Shown: in pieces, positions 29,947-42,000 of the stretch
How positions within the stretch are numbered: position 1 is the first letter of the stretch
Layout: each line of letters opens with the position of its first letter
IMG/VR virus record: IMGVR_UViG_2778261223_000007
Coordinates: 1-64,000 of that record
Length of the DNA: 64,000 nucleotides
Strand: one strand, 5' to 3'
Source of the DNA: a virus
Lineage: Duplodnaviria; Heunggongvirae; Uroviricota; Caudoviricetes
Notes under the pieces: model-generated
What the model saw: only the letters and a program-made list of their open reading frames with translations
Databases searched by the model: none
Told to the model about the DNA's origin: nothing
Made by a program: the position numbers and the translations under genes

Positions 29947-31629
29947 ATGGCAACGAAAGACAAAAACAAAGGCTTTCTGTCAGCATTGAAGAAAGCCTTC
30001 AACGGTGGTGATGTTACGCCCGCCGATCCGGTCGTTTTTACGAGCGGGCATAGTGTCGTTGCTCGTTCCGGCCTGTCTGCTTTACGTCCAGGTATACTGG
30101 GGAGCAACAGCGATGGCATGACGAGTGCAGCAGATTCAATTTCTTTATCCGCTGAACTGCCCGGCGAGCGCCTGCAAAAGTACAACATCCTGGAAACGAT
30201 GGCTAAAAGCCCGACTATCTCGACGGCTTTAAACATTCACATTGCACATGCGCTTGCGCCTTCAAAAAAAACCGGACAAGCATTCATCCTTTCGCCAAAG
30301 GATGGTTCCGATGCTGAGGCAGTAAGTAGATGTGAAGAGTTAACCGCTGATTTGGGGGCGATGATTAATGACGGACTTCCTTCATGGGCCATGATTATGG
30401 CTATCTTTGGGGTGTCTTATGTCCGACCTTATGCTGAACAGGGCAGGGGGATAACAGGCATTGAGTCCAGTTATTACACTCTGCCACACTTCGTCCAGGA
30501 GTTTTATCGTGGTAGCCAGCTGGTAGGTTTCAGTGGTGATTACATTCTGGATACGCATAGTTTGCGCAGAGTAATAACCGAACCGTGGAATCTGGTTTCC
30601 ATGAAAAATCCCTATTGGACGCCACAGCATAAAGTTATTCCGGTTAGCTACGGCACAAAAGGGTACTCACTGTTAAGTGATCAGGCTGATAAGCCGTTAA
30701 TGGAGACGCAGAATTACGGAACTTCATTCCTGGAATACAGCTATGAACCTTACCTTAATTTATGTGCTTCGCTCGCCGCGCTGAAATCAACGCGAAATAA
30801 TGCAGCCAAAATTGACCGCCTGATTGCTCTTACGACGAACACACTGGACCCGGTTAATGCGGCGAACTATACGCGTGGCGTCAGCCAGGCATTGAAGCGT
30901 CATAGTGACCTGGTGGCGCAAAGGTCGATTAATGCCAACGCTATTCCGACTGTGCTTAACCATCTGATACCTGTTATGGGAGACGGGAAGAACGGCATCA
31001 CCATTGATACGCAATCCATACCCGCAGATATCAGTGGTATCGAAGACGTTATGTTTCACCTCCGGCAGCTTGCTGCAAGCCTCGGCATTGACGCAACAAT
31101 GCTTGGCTGGGCTGATCAGATGAGCGGAGGGCTTGGAGAAGGCGGCTGGCAGCAAACTGCTATCCAGGCTGCATTGCGTGCGAACTGGATCAGACAGGCC
31201 GCCCAGCGAACTATTTATCGGCTTCTGGACATTCACCTCGCTTATAAATACGGCAAGGTTTACACCGAAACAAACCGCCCTTATGACGTGCAATTCAACT
31301 CAATGAACACTGCTATCCAGGAAGAGGAAAACCGAGAACTGGATGCACGCGCCAACTTTGTTGCTGTCATCTCCCAAATTATGGACCAGATCCAGAACAA
31401 CCCGAAACTGGCTGGTAGCGACGCGTTTATGCGTTATCTGTTCACTGAGCAGTTGCACATCGACGATGACACTCTCAACACCATGATCAAAGAGTTTAAG
31501 GCGAATGAATCAGAGCAAAACAACGAGCATGGTATGTACGAATCCGCGCCGTTGTCGTCCGGTGACGATCCGGAAAACTGGACGCCAGAACAGTTAATAA
31601 ACTTTGCAAAATTTGTGATGAGCAATTAA
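29947..31629 (+). CDS. portal protein candidate
   Basis: 560-aa ORF followed directly by a protease/scaffold-like gene, the canonical head-module order; size fits portal proteins. Confidence 0.45.
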   Translation: MATKDKNKGFLSALKKAFNGGDVTPADPVVFTSGHSVVARSGLSALRPGILGSNSDGMTSAADSISLSAELPGERLQKYNILETMAKSPTISTALNIHIAHALAPSKKTGQAFILSPKDGSDAEAVSRCEELTADLGAMINDGLPSWAMIMAIFGVSYVRPYAEQGRGITGIESSYYTLPHFVQEFYRGSQLVGFSGDYILDTHSLRRVITEPWNLVSMKNPYWTPQHKVIPVSYGTKGYSLLSDQADKPLMETQNYGTSFLEYSYEPYLNLCASLAALKSTRNNAAKIDRLIALTTNTLDPVNAANYTRGVSQALKRHSDLVAQRSINANAIPTVLNHLIPVMGDGKNGITIDTQSIPADISGIEDVMFHLRQLAASLGIDATMLGWADQMSGGLGEGGWQQTAIQAALRANWIRQAAQRTIYRLLDIHLAYKYGKVYTETNRPYDVQFNSMNTAIQEEENRELDARANFVAVISQIMDQIQNNPKLAGSDAFMRYLFTEQLHIDDDTLNTMIKEFKANESEQNNEHGMYESAPLSSGDDPENWTPEQLINFAKFVMSN

Positions 31630-31642
31630 CCGGAGGGAAATA

Positions 31643-32641
31643 ATGCAATCACTGAATACTGTTACGGATCGCTTCTCCCTGGTAGAGAAAATCCGCAAAC
31701 ACACACCGCAGAACAACCGAAATTACGTCATTCAGTCGGTACGAGACACATTCAACTCGCCAGAAACAAAAGAGCGTATCGCGCTGGGTGAGATGTATGG
31801 TTATTACGGTCATGGTCGCCGGGCGATGCACTATAACAAAACGAAAAGCCTGAACTTGCCGGAAGTCTCTGTTGTGATGGTAGATGGGAAGCCTGTTGTA
31901 TTGGAGAACGTGCCGTCAAACAGGACTATCGACATTTCGATTGACGACAACGGCATTGTTACGCATACGCAGGAAATACTGGATACAGACACCGGGCGTA
32001 TTGTTCAGGGCATGATTAATTCTGGTGCTGGTGGTTGGTCGTGGGCTACATCTGGTCCAGATTCATCGGTATCCCTGGTAAAGTCTTTCCACGGCTTTGA
32101 TTACGTAACTGTGCCTAACTATATCAGCCTCGACAAGAAAAGCCTGATGCTTGAATCAGCAGAAGAGCGCGATGCGGCTATTCATGCAGCACTTATCGAA
32201 CAAGGTTTTACCGATAACGCTGCTACGGATCTGGTTCACCACTTTTCAGCAATGAAAAATCAGCAAGCCATGCTCGAATCTGCACATCGTGAAGCCCTGG
32301 AATCAGAATTGATGCTCCTTGAAGTGGAAAACATACAGCTTCGAGATAAGCTGCGCGCTCAAACAGCGATGATGGAAAGCCAGGGGGAAAATGCAAAGCA
32401 ATGCCGCCGGATTTTGCGTGACGCTATCCAGGAAATGCCTGTTTTTATCAGCGCAGAACAGCGCCGGGCGCTTTGCCGTATGCAGTCTGAAGATGATGCC
32501 CGCATAGTGGCTGCGATGCTTGAATCTCTTGGGGCAAATGCTACTTATGGCTTACCGGTATCAGGCAAGAAAGAACCAGAGTTATCACCGAAGGAGAACA
32601 AAAACACCACCCCGTTACTCTTCGTTTCTAGAAGGGGGTGA
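31643..32641 (+). CDS. prohead protease / scaffold fusion candidate
   Basis: 332 aa; globular N-terminal half with His/Ser candidates, coiled-coil C-terminal half; positional inference. Confidence 0.4.
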   Translation: MQSLNTVTDRFSLVEKIRKHTPQNNRNYVIQSVRDTFNSPETKERIALGEMYGYYGHGRRAMHYNKTKSLNLPEVSVVMVDGKPVVLENVPSNRTIDISIDDNGIVTHTQEILDTDTGRIVQGMINSGAGGWSWATSGPDSSVSLVKSFHGFDYVTVPNYISLDKKSLMLESAEERDAAIHAALIEQGFTDNAATDLVHHFSAMKNQQAMLESAHREALESELMLLEVENIQLRDKLRAQTAMMESQGENAKQCRRILRDAIQEMPVFISAEQRRALCRMQSEDDARIVAAMLESLGANATYGLPVSGKKEPELSPKENKNTTPLLFVSRRG

Positions 32642-32654
32642 TTGCCTTGTTAAG

Positions 32655-32670
32655 TTAAATTTCTAACATA
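32655..32670 (+). promoter_or_regulatory. operator-like motif (C1-type operator candidate)
   Basis: TTAAATTTCTAACATA upstream of the RepL-like gene; one of eight related sites. Confidence 0.45.
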
Positions 32671-32841
32671 GTGTATTTATATACACTGTTGATCCTGGTG
32701 GATGGGATCGAGTAGGATCGCGGTCACTGCTCCGGTAGCGACTGCCAAAAAAGCAAAAGCCGCTGAGAAGCGGCTTTTTGGGTGTATAAATCCACTGCCA
32801 TAGATTTATACGGTAGATAGATTTTTTCACGGAACTATCTG

Positions 32842-33804
32842 GTGAGTATTTTAAATTCAGTTTCAGTAACTTTCAACACTTCTGAGTATAAAAACAACAC
32901 TGAATACCACAAAAAAATCAAAGGTCATCAGTTGAGTTTTTTTGCTCGTCATAGCGGTCTTCTTTCCCCTTCACATAGCGCCATTATTGCCGAGTTCGCC
33001 AACCTGGCAGGGTCTACCGATGAATACATGATCCGTCGCTCATATGCTGATATGTCCGAGATTACAGGACGCAGTATTTCTACTGTGCGCCGGGCATTTG
33101 CTGAAGCGACGAAGTGCGGAATGCTTGTTAAGCAACATCAGGTAGCGAATAACAATGCCCAGGTGTGTAACGTATATCGGTTTACGACACAATTTCTCCA
33201 CTTCATTCATGTAGCAATGGAGATAGGGGGTAAGCAGGGCATCAAATTTGCCAACGCCACAAAACTGGTTAAGCAGTTGATTTCAAAGGTTCGTTATTTT
33301 TTTGAAACTGGGAACCCCCTGTTCAAATTGAACAAGTCCCCCCATGTTCAAAATGAACAGCCAATAGAAAATAAGAGTCACTCTATAGCCAAAAGAAGAG
33401 AAAGATCATACGCGGTTCAGCCAAAGGCTTCACCAGCAGATAGTTCTCAAACGGATAACGGTGTACTGGATAAAAAACCAGTAATCAGGGAAGAACATAC
33501 CAACCACTGCCTGGCGGCGGCAAAAGCGAGAGCTGCAAAGCGTCGTTCAGACGAGGGGCACGCAAAACGGCAGGCTCTGTATCGTACCGCTGAAAAGCTG
33601 GCAAAAAAATTTGCATGGATACGTAGTGCCGCTACCGCAGTGAATAAGCCTAAACAATCCAATGCCCTGGATTTCTCAATGGATTATTCTGGCTCCCAGG
33701 GGTGTGCAACCATTGGTGAAGCCTTTGACCTGATGAAACAGCGTGGCTATCGGTCTGAATTTGACCGGGAGGATTGGTCAATCCCTGCGGGATTTAGGGG
33801 ATGA
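32842..33804 (+). CDS. RepL-like lytic replication initiator candidate (or KilA-like)
   Basis: 320 aa with N-terminal HTH (..MSEITGRSISTVRRAFAEATKCGMLV..); operator-like motif upstream, echoing the C1-controlled kilA-repL arrangement of P1. Confidence 0.35.
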   Translation: MSILNSVSVTFNTSEYKNNTEYHKKIKGHQLSFFARHSGLLSPSHSAIIAEFANLAGSTDEYMIRRSYADMSEITGRSISTVRRAFAEATKCGMLVKQHQVANNNAQVCNVYRFTTQFLHFIHVAMEIGGKQGIKFANATKLVKQLISKVRYFFETGNPLFKLNKSPHVQNEQPIENKSHSIAKRRERSYAVQPKASPADSSQTDNGVLDKKPVIREEHTNHCLAAAKARAAKRRSDEGHAKRQALYRTAEKLAKKFAWIRSAATAVNKPKQSNALDFSMDYSGSQGCATIGEAFDLMKQRGYRSEFDREDWSIPAGFRG

Positions 33805-33856
33805 CCTGTGTGTCTACAAAGCATCCCAATGATCGGAAAATGCCCGCTCGATGATT

Positions 33857-33875
33857 TATGTTAGAAAATTAATTT
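33857..33875 (-). promoter_or_regulatory. operator-like motif upstream of the immI-like locus
   Basis: Reverse complement AAATTAATTTTCTAACATA. Confidence 0.45.
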
Positions 33876-34093
33876 GCTGTTTCTAAATCGGAATGTATGA
33901 TCTGCATCATCGACTGAAGTCATCCATTGCTGAAATTTTTAGTTGATCTTCCATGTTTTCAGGCTTATATTCATGCCGTCGTAGCAAATTCTGCGACCAG
34001 GTTTGACAGCCTGAATGTTAGTGCGGACAACCGCAGATTTCCGATATTGCGGTATTTTTGTGTCCGTAAACCGCGTTACGCCCGAATTATGGT

Positions 34094-34168
34094 GGGGCGT
34101 GATGGGGAGGCTTCGGCCTGCTGGTTTCACTAACGCCAGTCTGTCAACCCTGTCACGTCCTGCCACCT
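34094..34168 (+). ncRNA. c4-like antisense regulatory RNA candidate
   Basis: Structured segment with GGTGG...CCACC closing stem; contains CACTAAC (34128-34134) and CTGTCAA (34141-34147), complementary to the repeated GTTAGTG and TTGACAG target elements flanking it; ends are approximate. Confidence 0.45.
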
Positions 34169-34217
34169 GTTTGACAGCGGGTAGCAGGTTGTTAAACCTG
34201 TTAGTGAGGCCGTAACT

Positions 34218-34442
34218 ATGGTTAATGCCAATCCTTGCTCACGTCCAGAATTCATCTGGCGTTTCCACTCCCTGCAAAAACACTGCGATCACTTCGCAAT
34301 TGCCGCAACCGAAAAAGAAGCCCGTTCTCTGATCCCTGATCAGCATGGTGTTCTTACTGGTCGTTTCTCTACTTCCCCACAACCAAACACTAATCCCTGG
34401 TATCGCAATATTACCAATCCCGGCATTGCGGAGGCACACTGA
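34218..34442 (+). CDS. small protein in icd-like position
   Basis: 74-aa ORF whose ribosome-binding region overlaps the downstream target repeat (GTTAGTGAGG..ATG); ATGA-coupled to the antirepressor gene. Confidence 0.35.
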   Translation: MVNANPCSRPEFIWRFHSLQKHCDHFAIAATEKEARSLIPDQHGVLTGRFSTSPQPNTNPWYRNITNPGIAEAH

Positions 34443-35149
34443 TGGATATCTGCATTCTTGAAAAGCCATCAATGACCAGCATTGAGATCGCGGAGCTGGT
34501 GGGAAAACGTCATGACAATGTGAAGCGTACCATTGAAACATTAGCCGAATCCGGCGTTATTGTTCGTCCTCAAATTGAGGATGAACCAAAAATAGATGTA
34601 ATGGGGCGTTCTCGATTAATTCAGGTGTTCCGATTTAGCGACGAGCAAGGCAAACGAGACAGCATCATTGTAGTCGCACAGCTTTGTCCTGAGTTTACTG
34701 CCCGGCTGGTGGACCGCTGGCGCGAACTGGAAGAACAAGTACGCCAGCCGTTGACCGAAATAGAGATGATCGCCGCAATGGCTGCAAATGCAGTTCAGCA
34801 GCAAAAGCGGCTTCATGCTGTTGAGTCAAAGGTTAGCCAGGTCGCTGAAACCGTCGAGCAAATCAAGAAGGGCAATATGCCAGATGGCTACATTGGCTAC
34901 CGCCAGCTGGCGGCGAAATGTGGCCTGACCGAAGCCAAATGCCGTAACCTGGTTAACGCTTACCGGATTCCCACCGATACACATGAGTTTTTAACTCCAG
35001 AGGGGGTATTGTCGCGTCGTTCCATCGTGGCCTTATCTCCCTTCATGAATGCTTTTAACCGGATGATGTCGGAGGCTGAACACCGAGGAAAACGCTGGTA
35101 TCACCCCAAAATGGGGCAATTCCAGGTGATCGGTTGGGGAGGTGAGTGA
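34442..35149 (+). CDS. antirepressor-like protein (Rha/ORF6N-type N-terminal domain)
   Basis: N-terminal ..MTSIEIAELVGKRHDNVKRTIETLAESGVI.. typical of phage Rha/antirepressor N-domains; downstream of the c4/icd-like elements. Confidence 0.5.
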   Translation: MDICILEKPSMTSIEIAELVGKRHDNVKRTIETLAESGVIVRPQIEDEPKIDVMGRSRLIQVFRFSDEQGKRDSIIVVAQLCPEFTARLVDRWRELEEQVRQPLTEIEMIAAMAANAVQQQKRLHAVESKVSQVAETVEQIKKGNMPDGYIGYRQLAAKCGLTEAKCRNLVNAYRIPTDTHEFLTPEGVLSRRSIVALSPFMNAFNRMMSEAEHRGKRWYHPKMGQFQVIGWGGE

Positions 35150-35346
35150 TGGACATCATGCAGGCGGTAAAAAAAATCAGGGAAGGACAGGCTGAAGTGT
35201 GCCGCCGTAAAGCATGGAGTGTTGGTGTATGGGCCTGGCCTGATAATTACTCTACTACCGGATGGTTTTGTATTAATGGACTCCAGATCCGGGAAGTTGA
35301 TTTATCGACGGCTGATATAGTCGGTAATGATTGGATCGTGACTTGA
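35146..35346 (+). CDS. hypothetical protein (66 aa)
   Basis: Short ORF overlapping the antirepressor stop by 4 nt. Confidence 0.3.
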   Translation: MMDIMQAVKKIREGQAEVCRRKAWSVGVWAWPDNYSTTGWFCINGLQIREVDLSTADIVGNDWIVT

Positions 35347-35354
35347 AGCGTGAT

Positions 35355-35380
35355 GCCCCGGCCTGGCCGGGGCTTTTTTC
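35355..35380. terminator. bidirectional intrinsic terminator
   Basis: GCCCCGGCCTGGCCGGGGC hairpin followed by TTTTTTC; between convergent genes. Confidence 0.6.
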
Positions 35381-35864
35381 ATGCCTCATTAGTTGAGGTT
35401 GCTGCGTCTCCGACTGGTAACAGAGCGGTATTGCGTGGTTCGCCAGCAGGCCAGCGATAGCCAGACACTCTTGATGTTGGGAATGCGCGAATATTAACCG
35501 CATCCCCCTGGTTCCCACCCAGGACAAGCAGATCGCCATTGGCGCGGCGTCCGACAACGAAGCCTACGTGCCCACCGCCTACACGGGTAAATACAACGAT
35601 ACATCCGTATGCCGGTGTATCTAATTTCTCGCCCCAATCCAGATAGGATTTTGCCGACTCAAATCTTGTTGAGCGGATGCCTACACGTTCCAGCATTGCA
35701 CCGACAAATGCTGCGCACCACGGCGTTTCATCGTCTTTAATTCCGCCGCGCTTGATGTCGCGCCAGAACTGAACGATTTCAGGGTTGTGTTTAGCGCCTT
35801 TTATTTCAGTCAGGCCAATGTGCTTACGGGCTTCAATTAGCCAGCGAGGTTCAATGTTTGCCAT
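35379..35864 (-). CDS. putative cysteine-peptidase-type cell-wall hydrolase (CHAP/NlpC-P60-like)
   Basis: 161 aa; ..DETPWCAAFVGAML.. (Cys) and ..GGGHVGFVVG.. (His) arranged as in CHAP/NlpC-P60 folds; motif-level inference only. Confidence 0.4.
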   Translation of the reverse strand: MANIEPRWLIEARKHIGLTEIKGAKHNPEIVQFWRDIKRGGIKDDETPWCAAFVGAMLERVGIRSTRFESAKSYLDWGEKLDTPAYGCIVVFTRVGGGHVGFVVGRRANGDLLVLGGNQGDAVNIRAFPTSRVSGYRWPAGEPRNTALLPVGDAATSTNEA

Positions 35865-36015
35865 ATTTTTCTCCCGGTCATGGGTTAATAAGTAGGCAAA
35901 CTATGGGGAGTATGTGATTTTGACGGTAGTATCGTCCCCCTGAAAATAACATTCTCCATACCCTCTCAACCGTACCGCATAGCGGAATTTTTTACGGTTT
36001 AGAGGGGGAAATCCT

Positions 36016-39000
36016 TTGGACAAACTACTTCATTCAATCAGTGAAGCCTCCAGCTTAGGCGAACTGATTGAAATTGTTAGTCGGTTGCATAAATTACGTG
36101 CTGTTGCGACCTTTGGCGTCAGGAAAGCCGATGGCGTCAGTATTCAGAAAACACGCCGGGCAGCAAATAATGCCGCAGTAAATCTTCTTAATTCCCTTCC
36201 GCCCGGCTTCGATGGGGCGAAATTAACTGACGAACAACGTCAGATTCTTGCCGGGTATACCGGTGAAGGCGGCCTGACAGATGGTGAGGGCAGCCAATAC
36301 GAATACTACACGCCACAGTTTATGGCTGAAGGTATATGGGATCTGTTTGCTGACTACGGTATTGATGGCGGGCACGTACTGGAACCATCAGCGGGCACAG
36401 GTATTTTCCAGGAGACAAAACGGCAGGGCATGATAATGACCAGCGCGGAACTGTCTCCGATTTCTGGTCGAATAAACCAGCTTTTGCACCCGGAAGACGA
36501 TGTGAATATCGGGGCGTTTGAGGCGCTGGCGGCGAAAGATGCAATGTATGACCACGCTGTTGGTAACGTACCGTTTGGTGAAGGGCGTTCCGGCGTTGCC
36601 GGGCTTGATCCGGCATATGCAAACGAGAAGAACGTTGGCAATTACTTTGTGCTGCGCACGATCGACAAGGTTAAGCCTGGTGGGCTTATCGTATTGGTGG
36701 TGCCAAATGGCATGACCGATGGTACGAAATATAAAAAATTGCGCGATAAAGTCAGCCGTAAAGCGGAATTTTTGGGCGCACATCGTATGCCTTCCGGTAC
36801 GTTCAGCGAATCCGGTACAGATACCGTGGTGGACGTATGGGTATTGCGTAAACACCCGGAAACCTTCCTGGAGATGATCCCCGACACGGATGATTCAACA
36901 CTCAAATCGGCAAACGTCCTTTGGGATACCTTCCTCAAAGGAAAATGGTTTACAACCGAAGGGAAGCGATTTGTTTACGGCGACATGGAACGTGCCAGCT
37001 TCCGCAATACCCTGGTGGTGAAAAAAGACGGTCGTGTATCCAATGAGTCGATGAAAACCGCGCTATCTCGTCGCTTTGATAGTCGCATCAATTGGGATTT
37101 GCTCGGCGTAACTACTCAGGCATGGCAGGGCGCGAAAGTGGGCGATAAACGCCTTGTAGGCGGTATCTGGCATGAGTTTGATGGTCTGAAATGGGTTAAG
37201 GACACGACAACCAAATCCTCCGCGCTTGATGTAAGTCGATATGGTGTTTCGACGTTTGGCGATCTGCAGATCGCGTTCCAGTCAACAAACGGGATTCTGG
37301 CTTTGTCATGGGACCAGATATCGGCGATCGCGTCCGACTATCCATCGGTTGTCAGTGATGAAGTGGCAGCAATGATTCGCTTTGCTGGCAAGCAGCGAGA
37401 AAAAGATAGAGAGCGCGTTATGCGCGGTGCGCTGATAGGGCAGTTGATCAACAAGGCACTTGATTTGCGTAACCTGGGGGTGAACGTTGATGACAAACTG
37501 GCAGATGCATCCCGCCTGGCGGCAGCAGAAGTTGCGAAGTATGGACCACCACACGCCATTAAGCTGAATGGGCTTGCTGAAGCTGGCGCTAAAAACTGGA
37601 TGACGTTCACTGGCAATGTGAAACAGGATGGTTCCACTTCTGACCTTCTGGCAGGGCGACTTGATGTAACGGATGGTGCTGCCGGTATTGACTTTACACG
37701 TCCTGAACAAGTGATAGCACATCTTTTCAGTGATGTAGCCCTTAATCCTATAACGCTGGGAGACTTTCGTGAGGCGTTTGCTGGTGAACTGCCAGAGGAC
37801 GACGACGCGGCCCTTGAATACCTGGCGAAATTTGATGATATCGCTATTGATGGGTATGGCTGTCTGCTGCCGATGGACCGCGCCACCAGCGGCGATGTTG
37901 CAACCAAAACAGCACTGCTGGTGGGCTGGCGTGATGCGTCAACAGGTGAGCAGAAAGCGAACTTTGAGCGTCAGTTGGCGAAAATCGAAGAGAAACGCAT
38001 TTTCACGCCACTAAATAAAGTCACCGTTAATCTGAATGCCCGCTGGCTGGATCGCCGCTTGATAAAAGAGTTCTTGGCAGAGCAGGGCTATGACGAGTTT
38101 AAGTACACTGAACCTGATCTGAAGGTCGTCGATGGCATTCTGGTATCTCCGGACGATTACGAAGGTAAGGACGGGGTATTTACCGGCTATCAGCTACGAA
38201 CCGTAAACGGCAAAAACGGGAATGAGTTCAAGAAGGCCAACAATAAAGACGGCTTCCTGAACCAGTTAGAAAACTACCTGAACGGTGTTAAACCGCGTGG
38301 GCAGAACGCTAACGAGTACCTGGATAAAATTGCTCAACTGGAAGTTAGCTTTAACGACTGGTTACGCACCCACCCGCAGGCGGATCAGATAGCCCGTGAC
38401 TATAACGACGCATTCAATGGTTTCATTCCGTTCACACATTCTGACGCACCGCTTGGCCTGGAAGGGATTAGTGGAAAGCGCATTCCTCTGACTTATCAGA
38501 ATGAAGAAGTTCGGCGCTTGTCAGAAGATGGGCGTGGCATCATGGGATTTGGTACCGGGCTGGGTAAAACCACGACCGCGCTTGCGCTTGAGGCGTATAA
38601 CTTCGAAACAGGTCGCACTAAACGCACGTGTATTGTTGTTCCGAAGGCGGTTTATCAGAACTGGTATCACGAGGCACAGAGTTTCTACAGTGCTGATGCC
38701 TTCGCCAATATGATGTTTATCGGTTTGGATGAAGTTCGTGATGACAGCGGAAATATTCTGACCGCGCCGGTGCTTGATGAAAATGGCGAACCACGCCTCG
38801 ACAGTAACGGGCAGCCTCTTACCAGAAATGTTGTGAAAGAGTCCTCCAGCGCCGTTATCGTTCAGCGTATGAACATGATCCCGTCGTCAAATTGGCGAAC
38901 GGTCATCATGACAAAAGAACAATTCGCGTCTATCCCGCTACGAGAAAAAACCATCGAGGAGAACTCACAGCAAGCTGTCTTTAATGCTGTGGAAATGGGG

Positions 39001-42000
39001 CGTCTTGACCTGGCGTCCGGTAAACACCGTGATGCGCAGAAGAAGAACAAGATTAAGGATCAGGCCGCGAATACCGGTACAACGAAGAAGCAAAATATCC
39101 CGTACTTTGAGGATATGAACTTCGATAGCGTGATTGCCGACGAGGGGCATAACTACCGCAACTCCTTTAATGCCGGGCGTGAAGCGGGACAACTGGCATA
39201 TTTGCCTAACCCGGCAGTATCCAAGATGGCCCGCGACATGGCTGTAAAAGCTGCGTACATGATGAAACGCAACAACGGGCGTGGTGTAGTCATGCTGACG
39301 GCAACACCGCTGGTGAACAGTCCGATTGATGCCTTCAACATGCTGTCTACTGTCATTCCGCAGGAAGAGTGGATGCGTATGGGCATCATTACGCCTGATG
39401 ATTTCGTTCGTGTGTTTGGCAAAACAGCCACAGTTCAGGTCCAGAAAATTTCCGGGGAAGTGGAAGAGAAGCAGGGGCTGGTGGGCTTCCAGAACCTTGA
39501 CGGCCTGCGTGGTATTTTCCATCGTTGGGCCACTCTGAAGACTGCTGCAGATGTCGGAGCGACGGTTAAAATTCCCGACATCATCGAGAACACCTTGCAG
39601 ATCCCGATGACAGGGGAGCAGGAGACTGCTTATGAAGAGCTTCGTAAGCGTGCTCAGGAGTTAAGTCGCAATGATGAGCTGACAGTCGATGAAAACGGGC
39701 ATATCACTAACGACAAACCGGATGATTTCATCTTCTCCATCATCCGTGACATGGATAAGGTTGCTATAGACCCGGATCTGTATGCCAGTGCGATTACATT
39801 CCAGTTCCCCGTTGAGCTTGCAGACCAGGTAAAAGCTATTGCTGATGCCTTGCCAAAAGTAGCTGGCGGTAAAGTGGCAGATGATGTTGATGAGGCCGAG
39901 GAAGACGGCGCTGGCGGGCTGGTCAGTACGCGTACCAGCAAGGTAGTGAAGACCGCTTTTAGTGAACATCCGACGCATGTTGAAATACGTGCCAGCATTG
40001 AACTGGAAGCTGAAATACTGAAGGCCATTGCGGCTGCCGGCATTGATATGCAGCAGGTATCGCACCCCATCCCGCCGAAGTATGCCGCGCTGATCGAAAA
40101 TCTTCGTGAAGGTCTGAAGAACGGTAAGCAGATCGTCTTTATTGATGAAAAAGCCCAGCACCAGAAGCTGCGCCGTATTATCGCCAGTGCACTGCAAATG
40201 CCGGAGCAGGAGATTGGCATTATCAATGCGACGACAGTTAGCCAGGCTGGTGGCATCAAACTGAAGAAGGTGAATAAGCCGACCGAACCTACTCCAAACA
40301 AAAACGGTGAATACAAAGAAGGGGCATGGGAAACCTACTACAGCAAACTTGCCCAATATGAGGATTATCTCTCCGCTAAAAATGATGCTGGCCTTGAGGG
40401 CATGGAAGGTATTGCCGCCGACTATAACGAAGGTCGCACGCGCATCATAATCTGTAACAAGAAGGCTGAAGTAGGTATTAACCTGCACATCGGGACAACC
40501 GATATCCACCACCTGACACTACCCTGGACACCAGCCAGTATCGACCAACGAAATGGGCGCGGTGCGCGCGTAGGTTCACCGCAAGAAAAGGTCAATGTTC
40601 ACTACTATTGTGGCAAAGGCACATTCGATGACTTCCGTCTGGATACGCTTAAACGTAAGAAAGACTGGATCAAGATGGTGATGACCTCCGACATGTCAGA
40701 GATCGCCAATGGTGATGCGGATGATGCTGATGAACGCGCCATTATGCTGGCGGCAAACCCGGAAGAACGCCGCGCAATCATGGCTCGCCAGGCGCAAGAG
40801 CGTGAAGAACGTCTGAAACTGAAAGCACAGCGCGAGGCCAACAATGCTCTCGATATCTACCTGAAAGCGGCAAACGCCGCCGGAAAAGATATCGGCATGA
40901 TGGAGACAGAACTGAAAAGCGCGATGGAACAGATAGAGTATTACCAGCGAAATCTTGACGACCTGATAAAAGCGGGTACGAACAGGAATGGGCAAAAATA
41001 CGCGCTTGAGCAGTTGAGTAGCTACAGAAAACGTGCGCGGGTGCTGCGGTTTGCGATCACCAGGGCAAAAGACGCGGATACCATAATGAAACGCTCTCGT
41101 GGTGATGTGGAGCGCGCTATTAAGTCTGGTGTGCTGGATATCAGTATCGATGTTATTCAGAACCCACAGGAATATATGCGCACTGACAAGAATATCCTGT
41201 TGCATAAAGGTAGTTATTACCGTGCAGTCATTGATGATCGCGAAACAACAGCGATTGTCCGGGTGGAAAAAATTGACGGTGAAAAAGCACAATACCTCTG
41301 CCGTATCGCCTGGCTGGATAGAGCAAGTCGTTACGCTCGAGCACCGGGGTCAATCGTTACATTGCCGTTTGACTCTGTGATTGAAGCGGTAACTTTTGAA
41401 GAGGGGGTAGCTGAATCGCGCGCAACGGCTGCGCGAGGTGTTCAGTGCCACCAGCTATCAACAATACTTACTCGCGATCAGTTCTATGATGCTATTCGCA
41501 ATGGGGTAATGAATGTTATTGCTGGTAAACCTGGTAATGCATGGGGCGGTGGGTCAGCTATTAAATACTGGGCATATCGCACAGATGATGGTCAGATCGC
41601 GCTGTCATCGGCCTATGATGGCGTGATAGGCCAAAAAATCGGGCGAGCATCGGATATAGCACCTGAGCGATGGATATATCCTGATGGCAACGACGAGGCG
41701 CTGAAGCGTGAAGTGGCAAAAATACAAGCCAGTGATAACCCGCTGAATATCGTGGACGGCGAGGGATTCCTCCAGGCATTGTATGGGTATGATTACATCC
41801 AGGGAATGCAGGCATGGGGCGCACAGGCAACGATGGATGATGTTGCCCAGGAGTTCGAAAACTGGATGGCTGGGCGTGGTCTGTCAGGTCGTTCGCTTAA
41901 TAAAGTCACTTCTGAAGATATTCTTAGCTTGTTCCGCAAACCGTCCGGAGAAGGTCTGGAATCATTCTGGAGGACCGTGCTGGCATACCGTTTATTCCAG

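Noticed and set aside
33927-34215. Small ORFs (68 and 66 aa) in the immI-like leader
   Set aside because: They overlap the c4-like RNA and its target repeats; the region is better explained as regulatory RNA.
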